A DNA stretch of 64,000 bases from a bacterium (GTDB lineage: Bacteria > Sysuimicrobiota > Sysuimicrobiia > Sysuimicrobiales > Segetimicrobiaceae), in NCBI GenBank assembly GCA_035945995.1, contig DASYZR010000120.1, positions 927 to 64,926 of the forward strand. Reading direction: 5' to 3'. Made by a program: the position numbers and the translations under genes. The notes beneath the pieces were generated by a model. It made no database searches. It saw nothing but the letters and a program-made list of their open reading frames with translations, and had not been told where the DNA came from. Position 1 is the stretch's first letter. Every line of letters begins with the position of its first letter. Positions 8,930 to 16,971 of this stretch are shown piece after piece.

Positions 8930-9568
8930 TTACGTCTGGCTTGTCGCGTACCGGGCCCCCTGCGTTACGGCGGTCGGGCCCGTCGTGGACAGTACCGCAG
9001 CCGGTTGCGCGGCGAGGTCGGCCGCCATGCGCATCAGGCAGCAGTAGCGCGGCCGCTGATCGTCCCACAGTTGGTTGACGGCCATGCCGGCGACGCCGCC
9101 CGATAGTCCGGGGAACCGCCGCACCAGCTCGGCTTGGTACTCCGCCCGCGCATGCAGCGGCGACCCGCCGAGTTGCGCCGTGCGGCCATCGACGGAGCAC
9201 GCCCAGAGGAGTTTGAACCGCCGTCGCAGCGTGGGCGTCATGATCAGGTCTTCCGGGACGTGACCGTACGCGAACTCGTCGTCGAGGATATCGGCGACGT
9301 GTCCCAGCTCGTGACGGAGGAACCGCGTCAACCCGAGCGGATCGGCAAAGCGCGCCGGAAGAACGGTCAAACTAAGCGTGACGCCATCTGCGCCCACCTC
9401 CGCGCCCTCTTCGGCCGCGGCCCAGGCCGGGCTCAGGCGCACCTCGGTGAACCGGTCGGTGAGCACCGAGATGGCCTCCCGTACCGTCGCGTCAAATCTA
9501 CCGACTCCCTCGCGCCGTGCGAGCGCGCCCTCCAGCTCCGGACTGTAGCTGATCCGCGTTGCAGCCAT
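8930..9568 (-). CDS. hypothetical protein with an HExxH motif
   Basis: ATG 9568 follows GGGAGG. MAATRISYSPELEG...LTRFLRHELGHVADILDDEFAYGHVPEDL.... The track ORF N-terminus (9569..9799) runs through the intergenic palindrome and is rejected. Confidence 0.6.
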   Translation of the reverse strand: MAATRISYSPELEGALARREGVGRFDATVREAISVLTDRFTEVRLSPAWAAAEEGAEVGADGVTLSLTVLPARFADPLGLTRFLRHELGHVADILDDEFAYGHVPEDLIMTPTLRRRFKLLWACSVDGRTAQLGGSPLHARAEYQAELVRRFPGLSGGVAGMAVNQLWDDQRPRYCCLMRMAADLAAQPAAVLSTTGPTAVTQGARYATSQT

Positions 9569-9629
9569 GACCGCGCCTCCCAACGTTCGCGCAACGAGCG
9601 CCTCAGTCTCTACGATAGAGTCGGCGCGG

Positions 9630-9709
9630 GCGCGGCGGTAGAGCCGTTGGCCCCAAGACTGAGGGCCAAAGGTCCCGGGACCTTTGGCCCTTCGGTAGAG
9701 CCGCCGCGC
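9630..9709 (-). repeat. nested palindromic element: 9-bp outer stem enclosing a perfect 28-bp palindrome, with CGRTAGAGYCG direct repeats
   Basis: Outer stem GCGCGGCGG (9630..9638) pairs with CCGCCGCGC (9701..9709). Inner palindrome GGGCCAAAGGTCCCGGGACCTTTGGCCC at 9663..9690. CGGTAGAGCCG occurs at 9636..9646 and 9693..9703, with a degenerate copy at 9613..9623. Confidence 0.8.
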
Positions 9710-9716
9710 GCGGAGG

Positions 9717-10361
9717 CTAGGACAGTTTCTGCTTGGCGGCCAGCGCCGCGGCCGCCGCGCGCCGCTGCACGTGCAGCTTGCCGAGCAGGGTGCTGACATA
9801 GTTCTTGACCGTCTTCTCGCTCAGGTGCAGCGCGGCGGCGATCTCTCGATTGGTCTTCCCGTCCCCGACCAGCGCCAGCACGCGGCGCTCCTGTTCCGTC
9901 AGCGCCGCGACGGGATCGCCGCCGGTCCCGGCCAGGCGCCTGAAGCGCGCGAGGAGTTGATGGGTGACCGTGGGATCGAGCAGCGATTCCCCGGCGGCCA
10001 CGACCTCAATCGCATGGATCAGCTCCGCGCTGCGGGTCTGCTTCAGCAGGTAGCCCGACGCTCCGGCCATCACGGAGGCATCGACGGCTTCCTCATCCGC
10101 AAACGACGTGAGCATCAGCACGCGGGTGTCGGGTCGCGCCGACCGGATCTCCCTGCAGGCTTCGACGCCGCTTCCATCCGGGAGGCGCACGTCCATGATC
10201 ACCACGTCGGGCGCCGCCCGCGCCGCCTCCTCCACCGCGGCCGCCGCGGTCGAGGCTTCGCCGACGATCGTCATATTGGACCGGTGCCCCAGCAGCATCC
10301 GGAGCCCGGCCCGCACCACTTCGTGGTCATCCACCAGCAGGATGCGCAGCGGCTTCTCCAT
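9717..10361 (-). CDS. NarL/FixJ-family response regulator
   Basis: MEKPLRILLVDDHEVVRAGL...VVIMDVRLPDGSG...LTSF...GYLLK. HTH LTEQERRVLALVGDGKTNREIAAALHLSEKTVKNYVSTLL. GGAGG RBS. The start overlaps the kinase 3' end. Confidence 0.95.
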   Translation of the reverse strand: MEKPLRILLVDDHEVVRAGLRMLLGHRSNMTIVGEASTAAAAVEEAARAAPDVVIMDVRLPDGSGVEACREIRSARPDTRVLMLTSFADEEAVDASVMAGASGYLLKQTRSAELIHAIEVVAAGESLLDPTVTHQLLARFRRLAGTGGDPVAALTEQERRVLALVGDGKTNREIAAALHLSEKTVKNYVSTLLGKLHVQRRAAAAALAAKQKLS

Positions 10362-12630
10362 GGTGCACCTCCACCTGCGCGCGGGTCGGCCGTGGGACAG
10401 AGACTTCGACCGTTGTCCCCGCGTCCGGGGCGGCCGTAACCCGAAGCCGCCCCCCGATCGCGCGGGCCCGTTCGGCCATACTGCCGAGGCCGAGGCCGTA
10501 GCGCGACGACAGCCCGGCAGGATCGAATCCACAACCGTCGTCCCGCACCCGGAGCGTGAGCGTGTCGTCTGCCGCGGACGCGTGGACGGTCACGCGTGCG
10601 GCCTGCGCGTGGCGGGCGGCGTTCGCGAGCGCTTCGCGAACGATGAGGATCAGTTGATTCCGCATCTCGTTGGGCAGCGCCGGCACTGCGTCGGCGCCTT
10701 CGAGGTCCAGGGTGACGGGGAGCCGGGAGTGCTCCTGGAACTCTCCGGCAACGGCCTCCAGAGCCGTCCGGAAGGTCCGCTCGGCCGTCTCGGGTGGACG
10801 AAGGTTGTGAACGTAGCCGCGAATCTCCTGAATGATGCGGGTGTGGATATCCAGCGTCTCGGCCAGCCGCCGCTTGGCGTCACCCGGGTCTTCGTCGATC
10901 AGTCCGGCGGCGTATTCCAGCGCAAGGTCGACGCCGTACAGGGCCTGCATCGTATTGTCATGGAGATCACGGCTGATGCGATCCCGCTCGCTGAGCACGG
11001 CAAGTTGTTGCACCTGCTGGTGCAGCTCGTTGCTCCGGACGGCCAGGGCGGCCAGGGCGGCGAGCGCGGAGAGCAGATTGGTGTCGTCCGGCGTCACGCG
11101 GCGGGGCGTGCTGCTGGCTACGCACAGTGTTCCAAGGGTGCGATCGCCGATTTGCACAGGTGCGACGGCGTGCGCGCGGTTGTAGCGGGCGTCGACAAAT
11201 GGACACGTGTGGCCCGTGGAGCACACTAACGGGTCTCCCTGCGCCAGGCCGCCGGAGCCGTTGGAATGCTCCGGCAGCCGCGCGTCGGGCGGTCCGCTCA
11301 ACTCCCCGAGCACGATGGGGCCGCCGTGTTCGGTGAACAGGCATAGCGCGCCGACCTCCATGTGGAGCAAGCGCCGCGCGTGCTCGGCGATGGCCGCGAG
11401 GATCGTCTGGAGGTCGGTGAGCGCCAGAATCTCGCGGCTGACGGCGTACAGTGCCTGCGCCTCGTGCTCGCGCCGGGCCCGTTCCGCGAGCGACGTCTTC
11501 AGGCGGTCGCGCATCGTATCGTAGGCGTCGGCCAGGCTGCCGATCTCATCGTGTCGATCAACCCGCACCACCGTCTCGAGGTCGCCGCCGGCGATGCGCT
11601 GTGCCGCGCCGGCCAGGAGCCGCAGCGGCCGCACTACGGTGCCGGTGTCCCACCACGCGAACAAGAGGGCCAGGATCAGGGCGGTCGTGCCGATCAAGAG
11701 ATTACGGTTCCGCACCGCGACGATCGGGGCAAAGGTTTCGGCTTGAGTCTGCCCCACACTCACCCCCCACGCCGTCTGATACAGCGGGGCAAAGGCCATG
11801 ATGTGGTATCCGTGGACCTGCCCTCCTTCGACCACCGCGGCGCGGCCGACCCCCGCCCGATGGCCGGCCATGAGCGCGTGATGGAACAGAGGGTGTTCGT
11901 TGGCCTGGAAGGCCTCGGCGTCTTCGGTGGTGGCCAGAACCTCTCCGTGCGCATCGATGATCAGCGCGTGCCACGTGGTGCCCGGCCGGCGCGTCGCGCT
12001 GTACTCCGTAATGTAGGGCAAGAGCTGCTGCCGGCGAAGGTCGACGGCGGCGCACAGTCCTCCGGCACGAATCGGCAATGGCACACAGAGCAGGACGGCT
12101 GGGACCCGGCCGGCACCCAGGACCTCGAGATTCGATGCCGCCGCGGGCGCGCCGCCGAGAACTTTCCCCAGGGCCGCATCGTTCCGGAAATTGATCGCAA
12201 AATCCCCCGGATGGGCGGGTTCCGCGATTCTGAGGCGCCCTGTCGCATCCACGAGGTAGAAGCCGTACGAAGCAAGCGCAATTTGGGACCGCATCTGACG
12301 AAGCAGTTCCCGTTGGCGGTCCGCGGCGGCGCCCGAAGCAGCCATTGCCGGCGAAGACGCAAGCGCCTGCAACTGCCGGAAGGATTGAGCCAGCGTTCCG
12401 TCCAGGAGCTCCGCCGTAGCCTGCGCTGATCGGAGCCGCTCTTGGAGTAGCTGGTCGGTCAACTGCCGTGCCATCTGGTAGCTGTCAACGCCCATGACGA
12501 CCAGCAGAACCAGAATGCCGACGGCGACGACCACCATGATTCGCGCCCGCAGGCTTCGCCCAGAAGACCACCCGCGCGCTGTGTCGGCGATCCGCTGTCT
12601 CCACGCAAACCCGTGGTGAGGCGCGTCCAT
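10327..12630 (-). CDS. sensor histidine kinase: extracytoplasmic sensor domain, HAMP, GAF, HisKA_3, HATPase_c
   Basis: TM, then a ~270-aa periplasmic region, then TM. HAMP RIAGGDLETVVRVDRHDEIGSLADAYDTM. GAF-like 150 aa. H-box ERDRISRDLHDNTMQALYG. REALANAARHA, DDGCGFD, GLGLGSMAERA. Confidence 0.95.
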   Translation of the reverse strand: MDAPHHGFAWRQRIADTARGWSSGRSLRARIMVVVAVGILVLLVVMGVDSYQMARQLTDQLLQERLRSAQATAELLDGTLAQSFRQLQALASSPAMAASGAAADRQRELLRQMRSQIALASYGFYLVDATGRLRIAEPAHPGDFAINFRNDAALGKVLGGAPAAASNLEVLGAGRVPAVLLCVPLPIRAGGLCAAVDLRRQQLLPYITEYSATRRPGTTWHALIIDAHGEVLATTEDAEAFQANEHPLFHHALMAGHRAGVGRAAVVEGGQVHGYHIMAFAPLYQTAWGVSVGQTQAETFAPIVAVRNRNLLIGTTALILALLFAWWDTGTVVRPLRLLAGAAQRIAGGDLETVVRVDRHDEIGSLADAYDTMRDRLKTSLAERARREHEAQALYAVSREILALTDLQTILAAIAEHARRLLHMEVGALCLFTEHGGPIVLGELSGPPDARLPEHSNGSGGLAQGDPLVCSTGHTCPFVDARYNRAHAVAPVQIGDRTLGTLCVASSTPRRVTPDDTNLLSALAALAALAVRSNELHQQVQQLAVLSERDRISRDLHDNTMQALYGVDLALEYAAGLIDEDPGDAKRRLAETLDIHTRIIQEIRGYVHNLRPPETAERTFRTALEAVAGEFQEHSRLPVTLDLEGADAVPALPNEMRNQLILIVREALANAARHAQAARVTVHASAADDTLTLRVRDDGCGFDPAGLSSRYGLGLGSMAERARAIGGRLRVTAAPDAGTTVEVSVPRPTRAQVEVHHGEAAAHPAGG

Positions 12631-12835
12631 CTCTGGTTCCTTTGCCCTGGCTTCGGAGCCGGGCGGGTATTTCTATCAGGATAACGCGAGAATACAGGGA
12701 GGGAGTATCGGGCGGCGGCCCGTATGTGGCATCAGACCTTCGCCGTATGGGGGCTGGGGGACCCGGCGAAAGGGGAAAGACCCTATCACGAGGTCCCATG
12801 CCACGCATGCGCCCTGCCGCCCGGAACCCCCACCC

Positions 12836-13840
12836 GTGAACGTCCAAGGCGCCCGCGTCCGCCGCCGGCTCGCACGCGGAGCGCAGGCCGTGCTGGCGTG
12901 CGCCATGGTCTTGACGTTGCCCGCATACGCCGGCGCTCAGGCCCCGCCCGACAGCACCGCATTGGCCGTCCCCGTCAGCGGGCGCATCGTGATTACCGAC
13001 ATGGGGAAGGCCCAAACGCATATCGTCCCCACACCGGTGGTCAGCAGCGGCAGCACCAGCCAGCGCGAGGATCTCGACATCAGCCTACCCGTGCTCGGGG
13101 TCCCGCTTCGCGGACCGGCGTCGCTGGTGATGGAAGCCCACATGACCTTGGTCGTCGTGAGCGCGACGACGACCGCGCAGGGCAAGGCGGAGCGCGTCGT
13201 CCTTCACGGGCCCGCGGGCGACGCGGTCGTGTCGCTCCTCATTAACCAACCCGTGCAAGGTATGGGAGGCTACGATCCGGCCGAGGCCACGGTCCACATC
13301 CGCGGCACCGGCGGCACCGGGATGTTCGAAGGCGTGCGAATCCAGGCCGATCTCAAGGGCGCCTTCAAACCCGCCGGCACGCTCTACCTCGGGTACCCGT
13401 CGGCCGACGCGGCGCTCGCGGCCGCCGGGCGCGGTCTCGCGCAGAATTCCGCCCTGACCGACCCGCAGCGGGCCGCGATCTTGAACCAGGTGCGACAAGC
13501 CCTCGCCGGCGCGACCGTCGACATCTTCCCGCCCGACCAAGGCGCCGGGCCGGCCGGCCGGCCCGGGAAGGCGCCGGCAAAAGCGATCGTGACGTCGGCG
13601 GTCCGGCCGGCCGGCCCGCAAACGCAGGTGATTGTGCGGATCGCCGTTCCTCAAGGCGACGCGCACCAACCCGTGAAGGTCCTCGCCGTTCAACCGGACG
13701 GAAGCCAGCGCACGGTCTATCTGGCCAACCACGCTCCGGGAGACGTCGTCTCCACGTCGGCCTCCGGGACGCCCCCGTTTGTGGTGCTGGTGTACGTGGC
13801 GGGCGAGATGGTACGGCAAATCGACGTCCCGGCCCCGTAG
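12836..13840 (+). CDS. secreted hypothetical protein
   Basis: GTG start. Signal peptide RRRLARGAQAVLACAMVLTLPAYAGAQA. 334 aa, with a Pro/Gly/Ala linker in the middle. No family recognised. Confidence 0.6.
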   Translation: MNVQGARVRRRLARGAQAVLACAMVLTLPAYAGAQAPPDSTALAVPVSGRIVITDMGKAQTHIVPTPVVSSGSTSQREDLDISLPVLGVPLRGPASLVMEAHMTLVVVSATTTAQGKAERVVLHGPAGDAVVSLLINQPVQGMGGYDPAEATVHIRGTGGTGMFEGVRIQADLKGAFKPAGTLYLGYPSADAALAAAGRGLAQNSALTDPQRAAILNQVRQALAGATVDIFPPDQGAGPAGRPGKAPAKAIVTSAVRPAGPQTQVIVRIAVPQGDAHQPVKVLAVQPDGSQRTVYLANHAPGDVVSTSASGTPPFVVLVYVAGEMVRQIDVPAP

Positions 13841-13895
13841 GCCTGTCCGCCCGGCGCGACAGGACGGCCGGCCTGCCCGGTGGAAGGTGGACGGC

Positions 13896-15116
13896 GTGAC
13901 TGACGCGGGATCGGCGCTCAGCGGCGTCCGGGTCGTGGACCTGACCCAATTCGAAGCCGGCACCTCCTGTACGGAGACGCTCGCCTGGCTGGGCGCCGAC
14001 GTCATCAAGGTGGAGCCGCCGGGGAAGGGTGAACAGGGCCGGGCGGCGTCGACCGATGTCCCCGGCCTCGACTCCTACTATTTCCTCCTCCTCAACGCCA
14101 ACAAACGCTCGGTCACCCTCAATCTCAAACACGCCGAGGGCAAGCGGCTGCTCGGCCGCCTGATCGAACGGGCGGACGTGTTCGTCGAGAACTTCGCTCC
14201 GGGCATCATCGAGCGGCTGGGGTTTGGCTACGATGACGTGCGGCGGCTCAATCCGCGCGCCGTCTACGCGCAGGTCAAGGGGTTCGCGCCGGACGGCCCC
14301 TTCGGAAATTATCCGGCATTCGACATGATCGCCCAGGCGGCCGGCGGCGCGATGAGCCTCACTGGGCGGCCGCAGGACCCGCCCCTCAAGCCCGGGCCGA
14401 CCATCGGCGACACCGGGGCCGGCCTTCATCTGGCGGTCGGGGTCCTCGCCGCGCTCGTCCAGCGGCAGCGGACCGGCCTCGGCCAGCGCGTCGAAGTGGC
14501 GATGCAGGAAGCGGTGATCAACTACTGCCGGATCTCGTTCGCCCGCCAGTTGCTCACGGGGCACGCGGCGGAGCGGTGGGGCAATCAGAGCCAGCTCGGC
14601 ATGACGGCGCCGAGCGGCATCTACCCGTGCACGCCGGGCGGCCCCAACGACTACGTGTTCATCTACACCAGCCGGGCGGCCAACCACCAGTGGGAGCGCC
14701 TGCTTGATGTGATCGGCCGTCCCGATCTGAGACACGATCCGCGGTTCGCGAACCCGGTGCAGCGGGCCGCCCATGCGGACGTGATCGACGAGGCGATCTC
14801 GGCGTGGACCCGCCAGTACACGAAGCGGGAGGCCATGGAGCGTCTGGGCACGGCCGGCGTGCCGGCCGGCGCGACCTTCGATACCTTGGAGTTGACCGGG
14901 GACGAGCACCTGAACCGCCGTGAGGCGATCGTGACCGTCGACCATCCGACGCGGGGACGCCTCAAGATGCCGGGCTGGCCGGTAAAGATGGAGCGCTCGC
15001 ACGTACCGGTCGCGGCGGCGCCCCTGCTGGGCCAGCACAATCGCGAGGTCTACGAGGAGCTTCTCGAACTGAGTGGCGAGGAACTCGCCCGTCTGCGCGA
15101 GCAGGGCGTCATCTAA
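13896..15116 (+). CDS. family III (CaiB/BaiF) CoA-transferase, formyl-CoA transferase (Frc/YfdW)-like
   Basis: GGAAGGTGG RBS then GTG 13896. GVRVVDLTQFEAGTSCTETLAWLGADVIKVEPPG, YFLLLNANKRS, VENFAPG and AQAAGGAMSLTG are collinear with E. coli YfdW as I recall it. Confidence 0.85.
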   Translation: MTDAGSALSGVRVVDLTQFEAGTSCTETLAWLGADVIKVEPPGKGEQGRAASTDVPGLDSYYFLLLNANKRSVTLNLKHAEGKRLLGRLIERADVFVENFAPGIIERLGFGYDDVRRLNPRAVYAQVKGFAPDGPFGNYPAFDMIAQAAGGAMSLTGRPQDPPLKPGPTIGDTGAGLHLAVGVLAALVQRQRTGLGQRVEVAMQEAVINYCRISFARQLLTGHAAERWGNQSQLGMTAPSGIYPCTPGGPNDYVFIYTSRAANHQWERLLDVIGRPDLRHDPRFANPVQRAAHADVIDEAISAWTRQYTKREAMERLGTAGVPAGATFDTLELTGDEHLNRREAIVTVDHPTRGRLKMPGWPVKMERSHVPVAAAPLLGQHNREVYEELLELSGEELARLREQGVI

Positions 15117-15128
15117 GGGGAGCGAACC

Positions 15129-16748
15129 GTGACCGGCAACGAGATCCTGGCGCGCTGCCTGAAAGACCACGGGGTGGACGTGATTTTCTTCCTCATGGGC
15201 GGCCCCATGATCGACTGCGAGAATGCCTGCCTGCGGCAGGAAATCCGGATGGTCGACGTGCGGCACGAGCAGGCGGCCGCGATGGCGGCCAACGCCTACA
15301 GCCGGCTCCGGCGGCGGCCGGCGGTCTGCATGGCCTGCAGCGGTCCTGGTTCGGCGAACCTCGTCACCGGGGTCGCCAACGCGTTCGTCGATTCCGCACC
15401 GGTGATCGCCATCGGCGGGTCGAGCCCAGTCTCCCATGCCGGGATGGGCGCCTTCCAGGAGACCGACCAGGTGGCGCTCTTTCGCCCGATCACCCGCTGG
15501 GCCGAGCGCTGCTACGATCCGCGGCGCATCCCCGAGCTGGTCGGCACCGCCTTCCGCCACGCCTTCGGCGCCCGGCCCGGACCGGTCTACCTGGACATGC
15601 CCGGGGACGTCCTCTACCGCGAAACACCAGATGATCAGGTCCGCAGGGTCCCGGCCGAGGCGGAGCGCCGGCGGCCGCCGGGAGACCCCCGGACCGTGGA
15701 GCGCGCCCTCGCGCTCATCGCCGCGTCCGAGCGCCCGATTCTCATCAGCGGCAGCGGCGTGCTGTGGGCGGAAGCGGAGGGCGAGTTGCGGTCGCTCGTG
15801 GAGCGGGCTCAAATTCCCTTTTATACGACGCCCCAGGGGCGCGGGGTCATTCCCGAGGATCATCCGCTCTGCTTCTTGGGGGCGCGCGGCGCGGCGTGGC
15901 GGGAGACCGACCTGATCGTCTTGGTGGGCACGCGCCAAAACTACGTGATCGGATACGCCCGGCCGCCGCGCGTGAATCCCGAGGCCAAGCTGATCCAGAT
16001 CGACATCGACCCCGAGGAGATCGGCCGCAACCGGCACGCGCACGCCGGCATCGCCGGAGACGCCAAAGCCGTCCTGGCGCAGATCCTCGACGCCGGCGGC
16101 GAGGCGTTCCACCCCGAACGGCGGACCGGCTGGGTCTCATACCTGGCAGGTCAGGACGAAGAAAGGCGGGCCGAGCAAGAGGAGCGGATGTCCTCGGACG
16201 CACGCCCCATCCATCCGCTCCGCCTCTGCAAGGAAGTCCGCGACTTCCTGCCGCGGGACGCGATCCTCTGCGTCGACGGGCAGGAAATCCTCAACTACGC
16301 CCGGGGCTCGATCCCCTTCTACGCCCCGCACAGCCTCAATTCGGGGCCGTACGGCTGCATGGGGGTGGGCCTGCCGTTCGGGCTGGGCGCGAAGGTGGCG
16401 ATGCCCGACAACCTCGTCGTGGTCCTCCACGGCGACGGCTCCTTCGGCCTCAACGCCATGGAGATGGACACGGCCCTCCGGCACCGCCTGCCGGTCGTCT
16501 GCGTGATCTCGAACAACGGCGGCTGGACCGCCACCGACCGATTCAAGACCGGCCGCGACCTCGGCTTCACGCGCTACGACCTCATGTTCGCGGCCGCCGG
16601 CTGCCACGGCGAGTACGTCGAGGACCCGGGCCTCATCAGGCCGGCCCTGGAACGGGCGGCGGCCAGCGGCAGGCCGGCCGTCGTCAATGTGGTCACCGAC
16701 CCTACCGCGCGGGCCCAGACCGCCCGTTTCGCCGATTACTCGACGTGA
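15129..16748 (+). CDS. thiamine-diphosphate enzyme of the oxalyl-CoA decarboxylase / 2-hydroxyacyl-CoA lyase / acetolactate-synthase-like family
   Basis: N-terminal TPP-PYR domain (VRHEQAAAMAANAY, SGPGSANLVTGVANA). C-terminal TPP-binding GDGSFGLNAMEMDT...NNGGW. AAGGGGAG RBS. Confidence 0.85.
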   Translation: MTGNEILARCLKDHGVDVIFFLMGGPMIDCENACLRQEIRMVDVRHEQAAAMAANAYSRLRRRPAVCMACSGPGSANLVTGVANAFVDSAPVIAIGGSSPVSHAGMGAFQETDQVALFRPITRWAERCYDPRRIPELVGTAFRHAFGARPGPVYLDMPGDVLYRETPDDQVRRVPAEAERRRPPGDPRTVERALALIAASERPILISGSGVLWAEAEGELRSLVERAQIPFYTTPQGRGVIPEDHPLCFLGARGAAWRETDLIVLVGTRQNYVIGYARPPRVNPEAKLIQIDIDPEEIGRNRHAHAGIAGDAKAVLAQILDAGGEAFHPERRTGWVSYLAGQDEERRAEQEERMSSDARPIHPLRLCKEVRDFLPRDAILCVDGQEILNYARGSIPFYAPHSLNSGPYGCMGVGLPFGLGAKVAMPDNLVVVLHGDGSFGLNAMEMDTALRHRLPVVCVISNNGGWTATDRFKTGRDLGFTRYDLMFAAAGCHGEYVEDPGLIRPALERAAASGRPAVVNVVTDPTARAQTARFADYST

Positions 16749-16971
16749 ACCCGAGGTAGCCGCCCGGCATCCGGTCCCGGCCCGACCTCCACAATCGAAT
16801 CGGTGCCGTATTGGCGCCTGGCCCGGCGCGCCATCATACTGAAGGGACAAGCAGCAAGAACGCCGACTCGCGCATGGGGGTGTCTGTACGGCCACCGTCC
16901 CCGGCACACCGCGCCTGACCCGCAGGCCCCCGGCCCGATCGCTCGGGCTTCAGGCCCGGATCACGCTCAGC

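Noticed and set aside
13365-16112. 915-aa minus-strand ORF, the longest in the window
   Set aside because: It is low-complexity, R/P/G/A-rich sequence. It lies fully antisense to three well-supported + strand genes: the secreted protein, the CoA-transferase and the TPP enzyme.
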